The translations under genes were made by a program, and so were the position numbers. A stretch of DNA of 64,000 nucleotides, taken from IMG/VR virus record IMGVR_UViG_3300014205_000170, positions 160,001-224,000 of that record. One strand, 5' to 3'. Positions 61,470-64,000 of this stretch are shown here, piece after piece (position 1 is the stretch's first letter; every line of letters starts with the position of its first letter). The DNA is from a virus. Taxonomy: Duplodnaviria > Caudoviricetes. Below the pieces are notes generated by a model that worked only from the letters and a program-made list of their open reading frames with translations, was not told the origin of the DNA and searched no databases.

Positions 61470-62177
61470 TTAAACAGTCCAGCCTTCATTTTTATATTTC
61501 TCCAACTCTGATTCATCTATAAGTTTTTCTTCGATTCTTTCAAAAGCTTGATATTCGTGGATATCTCCAAGCATAACAATGTCAAAATTCTTAAAAGTAG
61601 ATAGATTAGTTAAATCATCGCCTTTCATCTCATATCCATTATCTCCTACACAACCATATATAGGACCATGAAATAATGCTATATATTTTTTGTTCTTTTT
61701 CTTTTCCGTCAAGGTGAGAACGTTACTGTCCCAGCAAGAGTATACGCCATACACAATTTCATCATCAATATCATAGAAAGCCGTATCTCTATAAAAATAT
61801 ATACCGTTTTTTCCATCACTAGGAATGGGAAGAATTGGATTCTCTTTTGTAATGATAAAACCATTATCTAAAAGCTCTATTATAGGCGAAATAGCATTTC
61901 CTTGAGACAAAGATTGCATGTTAAGGTCATGATTACCTAAAATAACATCTACTGGGGCTATTTTGGATAAATTACGTAGGAATTCACCGGCAATCTCAAC
62001 GGCAGTAGGGGAAAGATTGATTTTAATGTGAAATAAATCACCAGTAAATATAATTCGACGCGGCTTTAAGGTTTTAATATCTTCAACTGTTCTTTGTAAA
62101 ACAGTTCTGAATTCATCATGCCTACTACCAAATCGAATATGAATATCACTTAAATGTACTAAATCATTTTTTGCCAT
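61470..62177 (-). CDS. sbcD: N-terminal piece of the split SbcD/Mre11 nuclease
   Basis: SDIH, GDLFH, GNHD, FHG and GDIH metallophosphoesterase motifs. Ends shortly after the last motif. Start at MAKND. Confidence 0.9.
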   Translation of the reverse strand: MAKNDLVHLSDIHIRFGSRHDEFRTVLQRTVEDIKTLKPRRIIFTGDLFHIKINLSPTAVEIAGEFLRNLSKIAPVDVILGNHDLNMQSLSQGNAISPIIELLDNGFIITKENPILPIPSDGKNGIYFYRDTAFYDIDDEIVYGVYSCWDSNVLTLTEKKKNKKYIALFHGPIYGCVGDNGYEMKGDDLTNLSTFKNFDIVMLGDIHEYQAFERIEEKLIDESELEKYKNEGWTV

Positions 62178-62248
62178 GTTTGCTCCTTTAAAAAGATAGA
62201 ACAAATTTAGCAATTTTAACCTGAAAAAATGACTTCTTTATAAAAAGT

Positions 62249-62578
62249 TTATAAATTAGTTTTTCTTCTATATTTTTCTATTACTCGAAGCATCTGTTGT
62301 AAGATAGTGCTATCAGTTAAAATGCGTTGATGAGGGAAACCAACCACTAGGGCCGTTATGCCTAGATGATTTGTTAAAGCTAAAATATGCTCATCAAACT
62401 CTGATTTCATAAAAACAGGAACACCATTTAGTTCACATAATCTTATAAGGCTCGTTTTTACTGGAACACTAATTATAAATTTTTTTTCAAACAAAACATT
62501 CCGATAATAAAAATCATTAATATTATCAATTTGAGGTATAAAAATTTGTTTCAAGGTTGATAATATAAGTTTGAACAA
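62249..62578 (-). CDS. Hypothetical protein with the RxVhhEK motif
   Basis: RNVLFEK. Confidence 0.6.
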   Translation of the reverse strand: MFKLILSTLKQIFIPQIDNINDFYYRNVLFEKKFIISVPVKTSLIRLCELNGVPVFMKSEFDEHILALTNHLGITALVVGFPHQRILTDSTILQQMLRVIEKYRRKTNL

Positions 62579-62952
62579 GTTAAAACATAAGAGTAATCTG
62601 AAGGTTCATAAATTTCCAAAACAGTATCTGAGAACATTCTTATTTCTTGTTTGTTACAACATTTACACACATTACTTGTTAAGAACAATGCATTCTCATC
62701 AGTATATTCCAGATGTAAATATTTGAAGGATTCTTTTGAAATTAAACAATTACGTAAATCCTTATTAGTAGTAAAAGACATTTCAAATAACACAACTTTA
62801 TCTTTAACATAAAAAAACACATGTGAATTTTCTTTATATTGATATACATCACATGAATTTATTAATTGCTCAAGATTAAACAAAATATTCTTTTGTGCAG
62901 ATACTCGTTTTTCTAAAAAAACTTTTCTTTGTATTGGAATTCGCAATATCAT
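62551..62952 (-). CDS. Hypothetical protein, paralog family B
   Basis: IPIQRKVFLEK; FFYVKDKVVLFE. Confidence 0.65.
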   Translation of the reverse strand: MILRIPIQRKVFLEKRVSAQKNILFNLEQLINSCDVYQYKENSHVFFYVKDKVVLFEMSFTTNKDLRNCLISKESFKYLHLEYTDENALFLTSNVCKCCNKQEIRMFSDTVLEIYEPSDYSYVLTCSNLYYQP

Positions 62953-63365
62953 TAATTTGGTGTCATTTTTACCGTATCTGATAAATTTCTAAAAACAATA
63001 CGATATTTATCATCATCTGATAACGAAAATAAATCGGCAATTTTCTGCCGAATCTTAACCTTATTAGAATAGGGTGCAGAATCTAAATGAAACTGCAATA
63101 CAGAGGAATTAAATATTAATTTTTCATCTAAATCACTATATATTTTAAAAATAGTAATTCCATCTTTTTTATAAACAACAGTATGTACTCTTTTATATAC
63201 AAACACCTTAGAATCTTCAAATAATAAATCTACCATAAATTCAACATTTTTCATTGGATGTTTTAATTTCTCAATTAAAATTCTACGCTTTGTATATTTG
63301 AACCTTTTAGGATTTTCAAGAAATTCTTCTATGTTCATTATATGACTTGTATTTTTGTTGCACAC
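62952..63365 (-). CDS. Hypothetical protein, probable paralog family B
   Basis: RRILIEK; VVYKKDGITIFK. Confidence 0.6.
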   Translation of the reverse strand: MCNKNTSHIMNIEEFLENPKRFKYTKRRILIEKLKHPMKNVEFMVDLLFEDSKVFVYKRVHTVVYKKDGITIFKIYSDLDEKLIFNSSVLQFHLDSAPYSNKVKIRQKIADLFSLSDDDKYRIVFRNLSDTVKMTPN

Positions 63366-63739
63366 TTCTTAACATGAGGAAACGTTGAAATGGAATTAAA
63401 AGAACACCCAAAATCACATTCTTGAATATTAGGAGAAATATATTTAGTAAACATTCTCATAATGTGTTGATGAATTACCGCATTTTGTTTTGCAAAAAAA
63501 CACCTATCTGCTTTAATTGGATTACATAAAAAATTCAAACTATTTTTATGAAATTGAATTTCAAAAATAACTTCTAAATTTTGTACATAAAAATAAGTGT
63601 TATTAAATTGATTTGAATGAAAAATGTTACATCCAGACAATTCTTCTTCAAAAAAAAGCTCTACATTATTATAGGTAATTGTAGTTTTTTCTGTTAACAC
63701 TCTTCTTTGTATAGGGATTTTAATATCATTATTCATCAA
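63338..63739 (-). CDS. Hypothetical protein, paralog family B
   Basis: IPIQRRVLTEK; YFYVQNLEVIFE. Confidence 0.65.
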   Translation of the reverse strand: MMNNDIKIPIQRRVLTEKTTITYNNVELFFEEELSGCNIFHSNQFNNTYFYVQNLEVIFEIQFHKNSLNFLCNPIKADRCFFAKQNAVIHQHIMRMFTKYISPNIQECDFGCSFNSISTFPHVKKCATKIQVI

Positions 63740-63957
63740 TACTTTTCAGTTATGACATTTCTTTTGCTTACTAATCTGTTTTTTTCAACTTCGCTTATGA
63801 AACGATTATAAACTTTATCAAACTCTTTTTTTGTAATTTCTACAAAGTCTGTTTGTAAATTCAAAAAATGATGCGCACTTTCATTCTCATAAGTAAGAAT
63901 GTGAGAAAAATCTGATTCTGATTTTATTGTTACACCTTTAATTTTTCCAGTTTGCAT
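63736..63957 (-). CDS. Hypothetical protein (start uncertain) with a C-terminal RxVhhEK motif
   Basis: RNVITEKY followed by a stop. Confidence 0.55.
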   Translation of the reverse strand: MQTGKIKGVTIKSESDFSHILTYENESAHHFLNLQTDFVEITKKEFDKVYNRFISEVEKNRLVSKRNVITEKY

Positions 63958-64000
63958 ACAAAGCTCAGAAAAAAATCTGTATTTTATATCATAAGAGTTT

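Noticed and set aside
60502-61470. Group I intron or split intein in sbcD
   Set aside because: There is no non-coding room for a ribozyme core that I can recognise, and no Cys/Ser start or His-Asn end. A split gene fits better.

Overview
This AT-rich, gene-dense window is mostly minus-strand and is best read as part of a jumbo/huge phage infecting a Bacteroidota host. That assignment is inferred from Bacteroidota-type TAnnTTTG promoters, little evident Shine-Dalgarno signal, free-standing endonucleases, and isolated host-like genes among many short unknown ORFs; no capsid or terminase gene is present. Recognisable genes: two sigma70-like proteins, DnaJ, ClpP and an N-domain-less ClpC, dUTPase, dCMP deaminase, an ART-like protein, two Nudix hydrolases, a DNA methyltransferase, PepF, glutamine-dependent NadE, PncB, YqeY, four aminoacyl-tRNA synthetases (Pro, Ile, Glu, Trp; three shortened), RtcB, UvrD, Nif3, and an SbcD-SbcC fusion split by an endonuclease gene. 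Main unexpected observations: (1) a 7-residue motif [RK]-x-[VI]-h-h-E-K occurs once each in about 23 mostly unrelated small proteins; (2) three promoter classes are visible, including nine ECF-type AAC-N16-CGTT sites; (3) the sigma-like proteins and several enzymes share putative virion-packaging motifs; (4) two non-canonical tRNA-like RNAs are present, one with a UCA-containing loop upstream of TrpRS-RtcB; (5) the NAD genes suggest a Preiss-Handler-type salvage route. All family calls come from motif recognition by eye; no database search was run.
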